Assembly (NCBI RefSeq): GCF_009914755.1
Contig: NC_060928.1
DNA: 64,000 bases
Origin: the human T2T-CHM13v2.0 reference genome, Homo sapiens
Direction: 5' to 3' (one strand)
The notes under the pieces: generated by a model
What the model saw: only the letters and a program-made list of their open reading frames with translations
What the model was told of the DNA's origin: nothing
Database searches by the model: none
Shown: positions 28,382 to 46,878 of the stretch, one piece after another
Layout of the letters: each line of letters opens with the position of its first letter
Position numbering within the stretch: position 1 is the stretch's first letter
Made by a program: the position numbers and the translations under genes

Positions 28382-29519
28382 CCCAATTGGTAATTTTGCC
28401 TCAGGGTGGCCCCTGTACAAGCAGGGTAAAAGAAGAAAAGATCAGGAAGGTGATTTGAAATGGTGACAGTTACCTCCATTAACAGAGTTGGGATTTAGAG
28501 ACCAAAACTATAGTTGAGCATCATGCCGTAACAGGTGTTGAGTCGCGTCAAGCAGGGTGCTCTCCAGGCTGTAGTGGTGATTGTCAGGGAATTAATTTCT
28601 ACAGTCATGCCTTGCAGAAAAAAGGTTTCTCTGAAAATTCTGTTAACAAACACGTAAGGATATTTTTTCACACATTCATCTTGTGCCATGCATTATAAAT
28701 ATTTTTAAGGAAGAATGCCATAAAATCATTAGAAAATCTCTAAAGGGGGGAAAAACGTGTGGAATCCAAAGAAACAACATAAAATGTTTTTGTATGGCTT
28801 CAGATGATTTAAGAACTTACCTTTGGTTTATTGTAGGAAATTTATATTACTTTATACTAATATGATTAGAAACTGTTTAGAATTTGGTGGGTGCATGTCT
28901 AATGGAATTAAAAATCACTCCATTACAGAATATAACTAAATTTCACTACGATTCGACTTAAATACATTTAGTGGAGGACTAGTTTACTAATCCATCTCAG
29001 AGAGAGAAATGAGTGTCATTCTTCAATGTAAGGATGTCCTGTAGAAATCCACGGGTCTTTGGGGGGAAAAAACAAAAAGAAGGAAAAAAAATATCTCCCA
29101 CACCAAGCACTGGTGCATGTAAGCATGACTGGAAAATCTGTCTGAATGGAGGAGCAACTGGGATTGACCCTGGAAAAACCTCTGAGAACTTGTCTGTATT
29201 GTGCGGTACGCCAGCTCTGACTTGGTTTTGGCCAGCTCTGTGCAAATCGTCACTCTTTGGTTCTCCCCTTGGCCCAATTTTCATGTGCGCTTGGCACATT
29301 AACAGTGTTAATAATATTGCAAGATAAAATTAGCTGGGCTTTAGAACATAAATAATGTGGAATTCAATTACTTGTATTTATAAATTAATATTATGCTTTT
29401 TATATGCAGATACTTGAGAAAAACCCTTATTTTATGATATATATTTGAAAGTAATAAAACTGAATTTATTTTAAGAACAGTCTTTGGGTGTCGTAAGATC
29501 CAGACCTCACTCAGCCTAA

Positions 29520-29670
29520 AGTACTAGAGTGATCAAGTGGGATCTATGGATCCCAACTACTAGGATGGCTCTTCTGCTGACTAAATATGTGGCCTTGGAC
29601 AAGTCACTTCAACATTCTGGATTTTATTTCCCTTCTTGGTAAAATTAGGAGATAGGAGTACCTGTCCTTT
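29520..29670 (+). mobile_element. MIR-family fragment
   Basis: TGTGGCCTTGGACAAGTCACTTCAACATTCTGG...GTAAAATTAGG. Confidence 0.65.
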
Positions 29671-30781
29671 CTATTGTGAAGCTGTCTCAGAGAGGGATTT
29701 TGAGGAAAGAGGGAAAGGATCACACATGGTTTTGGAGAGCGTGGAGGTAGACTCTGCATGAGCTCCAGAGTCTGGCAACCTGAGGAGCTTAAGATAATTC
29801 AAGAGCAAGCGTGGTGGGTGCGAGATGATTTGGGGGTCACCAGGGTGTAAGTTGTAAAGAGCATGGCAGTTAACGGCTAACAGGAACACTGAAGTGATGG
29901 ATTGAAGGGGAGGGCCAAGAGCAGAACTCTGGGAGGATATGAGCATCTATATTTAGCTCCTATGTCCAGTGGGCAGCACGAAAGTTACTTTTAGTTATCT
30001 CTTGCTTAATTATTATGCTGAAGTACATCAGCCTCTTCCCTGAGAAAGAAGGATTTTAGGAGTACAGTAAAATTAGATGGAGGCCAGGAAGAGTTAAAGT
30101 GTACCTTGCTGTCTTTCTCTCCTTCCCTCCCTCCAATCCAGAGAAATCCCCCAAATCTGAGAGGTGGGGAGAGGAAGTCAGAGTTTCCCTGGATGGGATG
30201 CCCAACAGGAGATGACTGGGGGCTGGGTAACAGGGAGGGATTTCATAAGGATTTCACTTATATCCTGAAGGTGGGGGGGTTTGTAGTCAATATCAGAAAT
30301 GATTCCAATTGTGCAAAGTTGGGGTGTATATCTAATGCTTCCCCCTTAATACTAAAAGGGAAGGGGACGTAAACCAACTATCAGACAAGATTCCTATCAG
30401 CCTGGCCATCATATGCTTGGAGTCTGGAGTTACTAAATCAAACACAGCAGATCTTTGGGTCTAGCTGAGCCTTCCAACCCACACAGATCCCATGGGTATG
30501 GGTATTTGGGCTTAGCTCCTATTTTACTGGATTTCGACTCCTCAACAGGTTTGGGACCTCTCAGCTCCACGCAGTGGCCTCTGATGTGCCCTGTGAGGAG
30601 ACCTAGTCACTTTGGACCCTCTGTCTCTTCATTTTTATCTTTACTAAATAGCTTTAGTTTTCTTAAATCTTTTTGTTCCCTGACCTACCCCTTTTGGATC
30701 CTATGACTTCTGCTTGGCTTCAGGTTTTTGTTTAGGCCAATAGAGTCTATTTGGTGTCACTACTAGAAGAGACAGGGTGAG

Positions 30782-30894
30782 GCAGGTGACCAGCCATCTC
30801 AGTGTGCCCAGGACTGAAGGGTTCCTGGGATGTGAGATTTTCAGTTTTAAAACTGGGAAAGTCCCAGAAAAACCAGGACTCACTGGTCACCCTA
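30782..30894 (-). mobile_element. MER81-like hAT-Blackjack MITE
   Basis: Terminal inverted repeats GGTGACCAG...CTGGTCACCCTA with internal GGGAC/GTCCC subrepeats; about 113 bp. Confidence 0.8.
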
Positions 30895-31209
30895 AAAGGA
30901 GAAGAAAGAGGAAATGCAGTATTCCAAACGCCGCATGGAATATTTACACAAAAAACAACCTTTTTACACTAAAAAGATTAACCTTCTCTTAGCATATTTC
31001 CTATGACCTTAAAGAAACTCCGTTTCTTTGTTTGCCTTGAAAAACATACATCTTAAAACCCTGTAATAAATCCCTTTCTGCTTAAACTAGCTAGAGCAGA
31101 TTTTCTTCTCTGCAACTGAACTCTACCTGACTCAGTACCATATGTTATATTTACACTGAAGAGATTTCTCTAATGAGCTAAAAATCATTTTGAGAGAACT
31201 TGTGTCTGG

Positions 31210-31726
31210 GAGTTCTGTGGACTTTTTTTCTGACCACCAATTTTCCTCCTTTCTTTTGGTAGCCATATCCTTTGAAGAAGCACCCCATCCCTTGTCTCAG
31301 TCTGGGTAAGGCTGATGCCACACTCAGGCCTGGACGACAAAGGACCTTCTCTTTCTGGGCACAGCGATGATTCACAAATTGGCATGTGACACAACAGGGG
31401 CGGATGAGGATTATCTTTTGGGAATTTTACTTGAGCTGCTGGGAAAGCTGTTTATTTGTTTTTGTTATGTATCACTGTTGTAGGGACAATTTAAATGAGG
31501 ACTTGCCAGTGAACACCAAGCTTGCTTGAGAATGAAACTAGCCAAGAAGAAAGCCGGGTTGTAAGGGAGAGAAAGAGACTGCAGGCTTAGCACCTTTTTG
31601 GAACTAGATCTGGTCATGCCTGAAGTGGCTTTGTAGTTACAGGAGTCAATAATACTCTCTATTTTGCTTCAATGAAATTGAATGCCATTTCTGTCACTAG
31701 ACAACCAAAGAGTACTGAATAATTCA
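31210..31726 (+). mobile_element. Old MaLR LTR (MLT1J/K/L-like)
   Basis: GGCATGTGAC...CATGCCTGAAG...TTTCTGTCACTAGACAACCAAAGAGTACTGAATAATTCA terminus. Confidence 0.65.
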
Positions 31727-31899
31727 ACATAATAAAATAAAATGCATATTTATAAACGGATAAATTTGGGACATTATTATCATAAAACCAATTGCTTGTT
31801 TAAATACTTAGTTTGCACTTAATGTGCCATTCCACTTTAAACATTCGATTGGCATATACGCTTTCAGAAACACCCATAGTAGTTAAAATAAGGGAAATT

Positions 31900-32090
31900 T
31901 GGTAGAACCCCTTCTCTTAGCTTGGCACTATTGCTTATTTTGCATGATGCCTGGAACAAGTTACTTAACCTCTTCTGCCTCATCTGATAAATGTACACGA
32001 TAATAGTAATTACCATATAGATATTGGGTATAGAAGGCTCATGCTGCTAGAACAGTGGTTTGCACATAATGAGCATTAGCTCTTAGTAAC
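31900..32090 (+). mobile_element. MIR
   Basis: CAAGTTACTTAACCTC...GCTAGAACAGTGGTTTGCACATAATGAGC. Confidence 0.75.
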
Positions 32091-32418
32091 GAATTGTTGT
32101 TAATTCGTTAACTTTTCGATCACATTTAAAGTTATTTTAACGTAATAGTTTTTGGCCGGTTTAGATAAAAACATGTAGCATCACAAATATGTAAGTAAAT
32201 ATATTGAGCCCTTAAGTATAACGAATGTTAGAAGCAGTTATGTAAATAAGCACATATGAGAGAAAGGCTGAAAAGTTATAATATACAAAAGACGAAACAT
32301 TATTTTTATATGCTGTCCAGGTTATGATTCATTTTTGCTCATTAAAAATTTATTATATTGTTTTTCCATAAGGAAAATTAATATGACTATATTAATATAT
32401 TTGCAAATAGTTATTGTA

Positions 32419-32502
32419 ATCACTTATGTGTTAGTAATTTATTATATAAATAAAATTATTATATTATATAATATATAAATAAATTACTAATACATAACTG
32501 AT
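32419..32502. repeat. AT-rich inverted repeat (about 30-bp arms, 23-nt spacer)
   Basis: ATCACTTATGTGTTAGTAATTTATTATATA versus right-arm reverse complement ATCAGTTATGTATTAGTAATTTATTTATATA. Confidence 0.85.
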
Positions 32503-35293
32503 GATAACACAGAAGTATGTTTCAGAGAGTTGATTTTTTAAAAAACTCCATATTAGACTAAATATTGTCACTTGATAAGAATACACAATCTCACAAACAG
32601 CAAAATACTTCACTGCCTTTGCTTTTTAAAAGGAAACAAAAGATTAGAATTGGGTCATATATCCAATGTGAAATGTAGAGTATTTCAATTAAGATTCAAG
32701 TTGACTTTTTAAAGTGTTGTTCAAGTCAAATGCTACCCTGTGTCAATTGCTTCCAGCTGCTGAATGAGTTTGTAAAGTTATAGGGCATTATAACAACATT
32801 GACTGCAACACTTCTTAATTTCACTTTTAGAACATAGGAGATAAATCACATTGTGTGTAAAAGTGTATCAAAATAATAAGCAATAAATAAAGAATAACAA
32901 CGATAAATAATAAGTAATCCCCTCTCTGGTCTTGGAGAAATATGTGTGAAACAAAGGCTGAAACATGTATGTAAAGTTTTAAAGGTGAATCACCAATTGC
33001 TTTCAGTGTTAGTTTATCTTACATCTTTCCATTCTTCAGTAGAAAATTTTGCATTTATTTAAGTAAGTGTTTTTGCTTTTTTTCTTAATTTTACTATAGG
33101 TCATTTTCTTGGGAAAATAACGGTGACATTGTTGCATATGAAAACCAAGAAACATTGTGAAAGATTTAATTCATGCTATGGCCATTTCAGCAGAATCTCA
33201 CTGAATTTTATGTATATGAAATGATTTTTAAAAAATAGTAGAACCTTTCCATGGCCAAGCACTACCTACATTGCCCCACTCTGTAAACTCTTTATGTCAA
33301 AATGAAAACTAAATGATATTTTGAAACAAGTGTGCACATATAAAAATTTCTTCTAGAATCCAGTGGTCTCAGAATGGATTGAAGAGAAAAAGGTTCACTG
33401 CTGACCAGGGGCTTATTTCCCATTTTTCATTTCTGTTTGTAATTCCTGTCATCTTTGTTTCTTGTGCTTTTGCTAAAAAGGGCGACTCATATTTATTGGA
33501 CCTGGGTTTCAATAAACAGTATGCATTATGGTGAACCAAAGAGTGATTTATTGATAATTTGTCACTTATATTTATGAAATTGTAGACCCCAGAGCTCCAG
33601 AGCAGGTAAATCATATTCCACAGCCTCAATGTGTTGGTCCCCGTCCGCCCGCACCCCCACTCCACTCCATAAGCCAACCGCTGGCTCCATTTACTGCCAA
33701 AAGCTCACATCATGTAAGCTGACAGCCCCATACTTCTCAGGTCCTGGTCATCATGCACTTACAAATACAAGAAAAATAGAACAACTGTTGGAGACTTACT
33801 TGTTTTTTCAATGTGTTTTCAATTTATTTCTCAAGTCCAGAAATAATAAATTAATAAAACATAATTAGATGTAAAATTACAAGTTAATGAGGCTAGAGAA
33901 GGAGCAAGAATGTAAAAGGAACAGTAGATTGTGAGATTTTTTTTTTAGTTTGTTTATTATGATACAGCTGTATAGAACTTTCACACAGTTTCCAGATGCA
34001 GACAGCTGTTAGTCCGTTGCTATTAAGGAAACAAAGGTTCAGAGTTCATTTTGATCCACTTGTTCTAGACTAGTGGTGTTTAACATGGCACTTCACTCAG
34101 TCATATACAAGACTGTCAAGATGGGCATCATGTCTTCACTTGCCTTTTGCTGCTCACTTATCTCTTCTGGCAACCTCTCCAACAGCAAGCTGCCCCACTC
34201 TTCCTAACATGTTTATCTCCCATGGTGATGTCAGCAGAACTCAGCAAATCTAATATTCATGCTCAAACAGATTTGTTGGTGCTCTTTGTTTATAAGAATC
34301 AGCCCTGTATCACTCTTGCAGCTGCTTCCTCTAGATAATGCATACAGGGCTTTGTGTTTTGCATTCTCTTTAGACAGGACTTGGGCGACGAACAAAGCAC
34401 CTACCTATATCTGACTACAACCTATTTTTTTTTTTTTTTTTTTTTTTACAAAAATCTAATTCCGATTTTTTTTTCCACGGATGTGACTATAACCTTGTCT
34501 TTTTCCGCTTGGCCACTTCTTTTGGACATAAAATATTTACAGCAATGAAACAATGCATATGTTTTCTTTTCTGGAGGAATAATCAAGAGAAATAAGATTT
34601 TAAAAATATAATTTAGGCAGAAGATATTTCTTAAATGTAATGCTCTAGGGCTAAAGAATGAAACTCATAAAAAATGTATGTATGTTCCACATGGAAGTCT
34701 ACAAAAATCATGTCGTATGTACTATTTTATAATATCCCAAGTTTTTGTAGTAATTAACTATTGCTTTTCAAGTTTCAGTTACTTTTAATGATTTAGGGAC
34801 AAATATATAATGCAGATATGGGAAACAGACATCATTAGCTGTGGTTGCAGGTCTCTTTTACACAATTCCTGGTACAAATCTTTATCTCTTTAATGGAAAA
34901 ACACATGCTGATTTAAAAATCTGCAACTACTTGAGTCAAGATAGTTGGAAGCTTACTAACTGGTGGATGTGGGACTTGTTTTGCATGATGACTTTAAGGT
35001 AGTCGACTTCCACACTTTCTCATTTATATATGAGCCTGTACATGTAAAAATGGTTTCTAAATAAGTCTCAACTGTATTTATTTTAAAGCACTATGGTGTT
35101 GTAGCACCTTTAGGAGCCATTTTGATTAAGAACTAAATTATACATATCTTTATACAACTTTCTAATTTTAAATAATGAAACACCACACATTTGTGTTACA
35201 TCACTGGATTGTTGATCTTTACACCTTTTGGGGAACACAGTACTAAATGTCAACCTATAACAAAGTGCCAATTCTGCACCCAAAAGCGTTATA

Positions 35294-35875
35294 TAGTAGG
35301 TGCTCACTTAACGTAATTGATAAGTTATTTGAAAGTGAGATTTTAAGTGAAACAACATATTAATGAAATCAATCTTCCCCTAGGCTAATTGATATAAACA
35401 AGAGTTAACATCCTATATCATATTTCTGGTCACAAAATCATTACCAAGCTTCTAAATAAAGACCAGAATAGTTCTAATATTAAACAGTGAAATAAATGTG
35501 ATAAATACATTTAAGAAAGATTAATCGAAACCATTAAGATAACTATTTAGTGACTTAGGGGTCCAGGTAGCCAGAGCCCATCCTGACTCAGGGTGGCAGG
35601 CGGGAATCTACCCTGGCCAAGCCACCCCCCCATTGCAGGGTGCCTCACACTCACCCTCACTCACCCACACCGGGACCATGGAGATGGGCCACTTCATCTC
35701 ACATGCAAAACTGTGAGTTGTGGGAGGAAACTGGAGTACCTGGAGAAAACCCACACAGACGTGAGGAGAATGTGCCAACTCCACGCAGTGTCCTTGGCAG
35801 GAAGTGATTTTTTTTTCCTTATCAATGCTATAAGGAAACGATGTTAGCCAGATGACGTTATTAGAGGACCTGCAG
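35294..35875 (-). mobile_element. MER6A (TcMar-Tigger non-autonomous)
   Basis: Ends TAGTAGGTGCTCACTTAACG and GACGTTATTAGAGGACCTG, both flanked by TA; internal TGTGGGAGGAAACTGGAGTACCTGGAGAAAACCCAC. Confidence 0.85.
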
Positions 35876-36044
35876 TATCCTTTCCAAGGCCATCATCAAC
35901 TAGGCTTCATTTGCTGGATCTGCAGTCAAAGTACGGTCTCAGATTGTCTCCTCATTTTTAAAGATTTTAAAAGACCAGTCCCTTTTAGTTTGTATCTAGG
36001 ATTAGTTAAAAACCTAGTCTAGATATTATAAGCATTGGTTTTCT

Positions 36045-36873
36045 TTTTATTTATTTATTTATTTATTTTTTTGGTGTGCTGCACCCAGTAATTTGTCATT
36101 TAACATTAGGTATATCTCCAAATGCTATCCCTCCTCCCTCCCCCCAACCCACAACAGGCCCTGGTGTGTGATGTTCCCCTTCCTGTGTCCATGTGTTCTC
36201 ATTGTTCAATTCCCACCTATGAGTGAGAACATGTGGTGTTTGTTTTTTTGTCCTTGCCATAGTTTGCTGAGAATGATGGTTTCCAGCTTCATCCATGTCC
36301 CTACAAAGGACATGAACTCATCATTTTTTATGGCTGCATAGTATTCCATGGTGTATATGTGCCACATTTTCTTAATCCAGTCTATCGTTGTTGGACATTT
36401 GGGTTGGTTCCAAGTCTTTGCTATCGTGAATAGTGCCGCAATAAACATACGTGTGCATGTGTCTTTATAGCAGCATGATTTATAGTCCTTTGGGTATATA
36501 CCAAGTAATGGGATGGCTGGGTCAAATGGTATTTCTACTTCTAGATCCCTGAGGAATCGCCACACTGACTTCCACAATGGTTGAACTAGTTTACAGTACC
36601 ACCAACAGTGTAAAAGTGTTCCTATTTCTCCACATCCTCTCCAGCACCTGTTGTTTCCTGACTTTTTAATGATCACCATTCTAACTGGTGTGAGATGGTA
36701 TCTCATTGTGGTTTTGATTTGCATTTCTCTGATGGCCAGTGATGATGAGTGTTTTTTCACGTGTCTTTTGGCTGCAAAAATGTCTTCTTTTGAGAAGTGT
36801 CGGTTCATATCCTTTGCCCACTTTTTGATGGGGTTGTTTTTTTCTTGTAAATTTGTTGGAGTTCATTGTAGAT
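36045..36873 (-). mobile_element. 5'-truncated L1PA5-like element with a shortened 3' end
   Basis: ORF2 C-terminal 200 aa ending HMFSLIGGN; 3'UTR CCTAATGTTAAATGAC; TSD ATAAGCATT(GG/TA)TTTTCT at 36028-36044 and 36872-36888. Confidence 0.93.
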
Positions 36874-38394
36874 AAGCATTTATTTTCTAGTAGTTAGTGA
36901 GAGCTTAACTGTATGTTGAACTTACATGCAAAGATCTTAGAGTGTAAGCTTTCACGTAATTTGACACTGGCCCTATAAAATTCTCAGTGTCTTCATTTTA
37001 TAAATTTATAAATTGAAATTTGGAGATTTAATGCAAACTGACCCAGGTCACATTGCAAGCCACAGATGGGGTAGTTTTATACCAATTTTTTAATAAAAAT
37101 TTTAAATATAAATTTATATGATACAAATAAAAATGTTAAATTTTAAAGACATGTTTTAAAAGACTATTTGTTGTGTTTTGAGTTTCTGGAAGCAGTGTAA
37201 GGAAGTAAGAGCAGAAATCAATACTTAGTTGGACCAGGATGATGTGAGGAAGGGCCAGTTGGAGAATTTGTGGACACCCTCATACCCAGCGTCAACTGTG
37301 TGATGCCAATATCAGTGCGAACATCTTATATTTAGGTCACTACTACAGTGATAGAATTATGTGCAAACCACAGCCGATGTGAGCATCATCTCTGGTTTGT
37401 CATCAGGCAACACATTGGTGTATTAATGGATGTGTGCTTTTCTGATAATTTTGTCTCCCTGTGTTTCTTTGTAAACTATGTGATGAATCAGACCTAATTT
37501 TATCCCCTTTGAGACCAAAAAAGTGTCCATAAAAGAGAAAAAAGAGAGAATGGAATGTATACAAGAAAGCTGAGGTTATTAAGTTCCCTACCAGGACTCA
37601 CTTGTGTGGGGTCATGGAATAAAATCTGGTATGAGTTTAAGGGCTCTGAGGGCAGAGAGGAACTGTGCTTTGCCTAGCTGTTTGTAGCAAGATGAATTTT
37701 CTGGCCAATATGGCATAGGGGCAGCAGAGCAGGCATCACTGCATCAAGGTGTCTAGACAGAGGAGCTGGAGTCAGATGCAGGTTTTTATGTGCCCCAGTG
37801 AGATGGGCACATACCCGAGAGAAGCACTTGAGACAGATCTTGACTGATACTTGGAGAATGGTCTGTGATCTGTATGAATCAGGAACCAGAAACCAGATGA
37901 AAGTGACGTGTAATAGCAGGGCAGATGAGGTACAAGCACGTGACACTCTGTGTCCCCTCCCGTACAAACAACATACTCTCTGGCCCTGGGGCTTAGATAT
38001 TATTACAGGAATTGGGTGATAGGGAGAGACCCTAAGATAGTTATATTTTAGAGTTTTGTATAACTGTATATTTTTCTTCACCTAGTGGGATGGGAAATCA
38101 AAACAGAGATGTTTCGTGGAACAACAATAAAGAAAGTTATGCTTACTGAAATGCTAGGTTTAGGATCTATATATGTGTAACTGTTCAATTTCATTAATAG
38201 AAATGAATTGGTATTGTCATTGTCATATCAGCCATGCATCTTTGAAACTGGGACTCATAGAGATTGTAACCTGTTCTATGTCATTTAATAAGATAGTGGC
38301 TCGCTAGACTCTAGTCTTTTACTTGGTCTTTGTTTAGTTTGTGTTAGAATAATATTTACCTCTAATACCAGAAAACAAAACAAAAGGCTCAGCT

Positions 38395-38685
38395 TTGCTT
38401 TTGCTTTTTTTTTCTTTTCTCTCTCTCTCTCTCCCTCCCTCCTTTCCTCCCTCCTTCTTCCTTCCTTCCTTCCTTCTTTCTTTCTCTTTCTTTCTCTCTC
38501 TCTTTCTTTCTTTCTTTTCTTTCTTTCTCTCTCTCTCTTCCTTTCTTTCTTTTCTCTCTTTCTTTCTCTCTTCTTTCTTTCTTCTTCTTTCTCCCCTCCC
38601 TCCCACCCTCCCTTCCTTCCTTCCTTCCTTCCTTCCTTCCTTCCTTCCTTCCTTCCTTCCTTCCTTCCTTCCTTGTCTTTCTTTG
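38395..38685. repeat. Compound polypyrimidine microsatellite (CT/TTTC/TTCC)n, about 290 bp
   Basis: Almost pure C/T tract ending in a perfect (CCTT)n run. Confidence 0.97.
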
Positions 38686-38689
38686 TTGT

Positions 38690-39110
38690 GAAAGATCAGG
38701 GAAGGGAGATATCAGTGCAGGCTGGGTGCTTATTGAAACAAGGCATGCATAAAACTGGTCAGAACCTAATAAATGAGTTGACTCAGAAAAATAAGGAAGA
38801 GAAGAAGGAATAGTATGTATTCTGGGATGAGTGGACAGAGAAGTGCTACATGGTGGGACTTTGGAAGGGTCGGCATAATGGAAGGGAGGCTTTATGTCCA
38901 GGAATAGGTTGAAGAGGGAGTTGGAAGACTGTAAGGGAGAATCAGGCAATATGAGCCACTGCAGGGCTTAAAAGGGAAAGTGATGGGATCAGGCAGTCGT
39001 TTAGGAACTTTAGTCTAATGGCAGAAACAGAGATGAATTAGAGATGGTGTGAGTGTAGAGAACAGAACACAATCTTGTTGAAGTGGAGTGAGCAGGAGGA
39101 CTAGGAAATG
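38690..39110 (-). mobile_element. L2 fragment
   Basis: GAGCCACTGCAGGGCTTAAAAGGGAAAGTGATGGGATCAG resembles antisense L2. Confidence 0.5.
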
Positions 39111-39149
39111 ACACCTAATTTATTTTCTTTCATAAAATGAATCGCAGTC

Positions 39150-39310
39150 TGACATTCTATTTACTTGTTTATTTTGTTTCTTTCCAACTAGAAAGTAAGT
39201 TGCATGAGTCAAAGACCTTATTTGTACTAATTCACTTCTGCCTTCCCATGACCCTGTACATGGTAGATGCTTAAGACATGTTTGTTGAATGAGTATAAAT
39301 AAATGCAAAT
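39150..39310 (+). mobile_element. L2 3' end
   Basis: CAACTAGAAAGTAAGTTGCATGAG...CATGGTAGATGCTTAAGACATGTTTGTTGAATGA. Confidence 0.8.
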
Positions 39311-39722
39311 ATCTATAAATAATACATTAGAGAGAAATTTTAAAGAAGGAATTGATTTTTAAAATTATTGCAAAAACACAAAATTTTAATCTAATCTGAT
39401 AAACTTAATAAGGTGCAAACATTTAAAAAATCAGGTAGCCCAGTTCCTGCTTGGATGAGTCATATAAAATACTCAAACTTTCAGAAATCTGTCCCTTCCT
39501 TTCCTGGGATAAGTGTGTGTGGAGTTCCTTCTTCCTCTTCCTGTCTGATTTTACCCTTCTTTATGTGCAATGCTATCATCAAAACTACCAGGACTGCCTC
39601 TTGATATATTAAACAGGAAGATGAAAGAATATAGAAAATTCATTTTTCTTAACAAGGCCTGCCTTTGAAAAGGCTTAGCTTCATTTTAATGCAATTTTGC
39701 ATAATGTTATCCTTGATTCATG

Positions 39723-39776
39723 CAAGTATACCTAATTTTACTGCACTACACTATTTCACTTTACAGACACTCCATT
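39723..39776 (+). mobile_element. Tigger1 5' terminus (TIR), separated from its body by the L1PB insertion
   Basis: CAAGTATACCTAATTTTACTGCACT...CAGACACTCCATT resembles the Tigger1 start CAGGCATACCTCGTTTTATTGCGCT...CAGATATTGCGTT. Confidence 0.7.
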
Positions 39777-46871
<7,095 letters not shown>

Positions 46872-46878
46872 TCTAATC

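Noticed and set aside
28997-29327. Three overlapping ORFs of 84-104 aa
   Set aside because: No recognisable homology; locally higher GC reduces stop frequency, and the ORFs run through a simple A/T tract.
37234-37395. Possible C/D snoRNA or TIR element (GATGATG...CATCATC ends)
   Set aside because: No proper RUGAUGA and CUGA box pair; only about 11 bp of bulged complementarity.
38334-38949. Long K/E/R-rich and F/L/S-rich ORFs
   Set aside because: They are translations of the CT-rich microsatellite.
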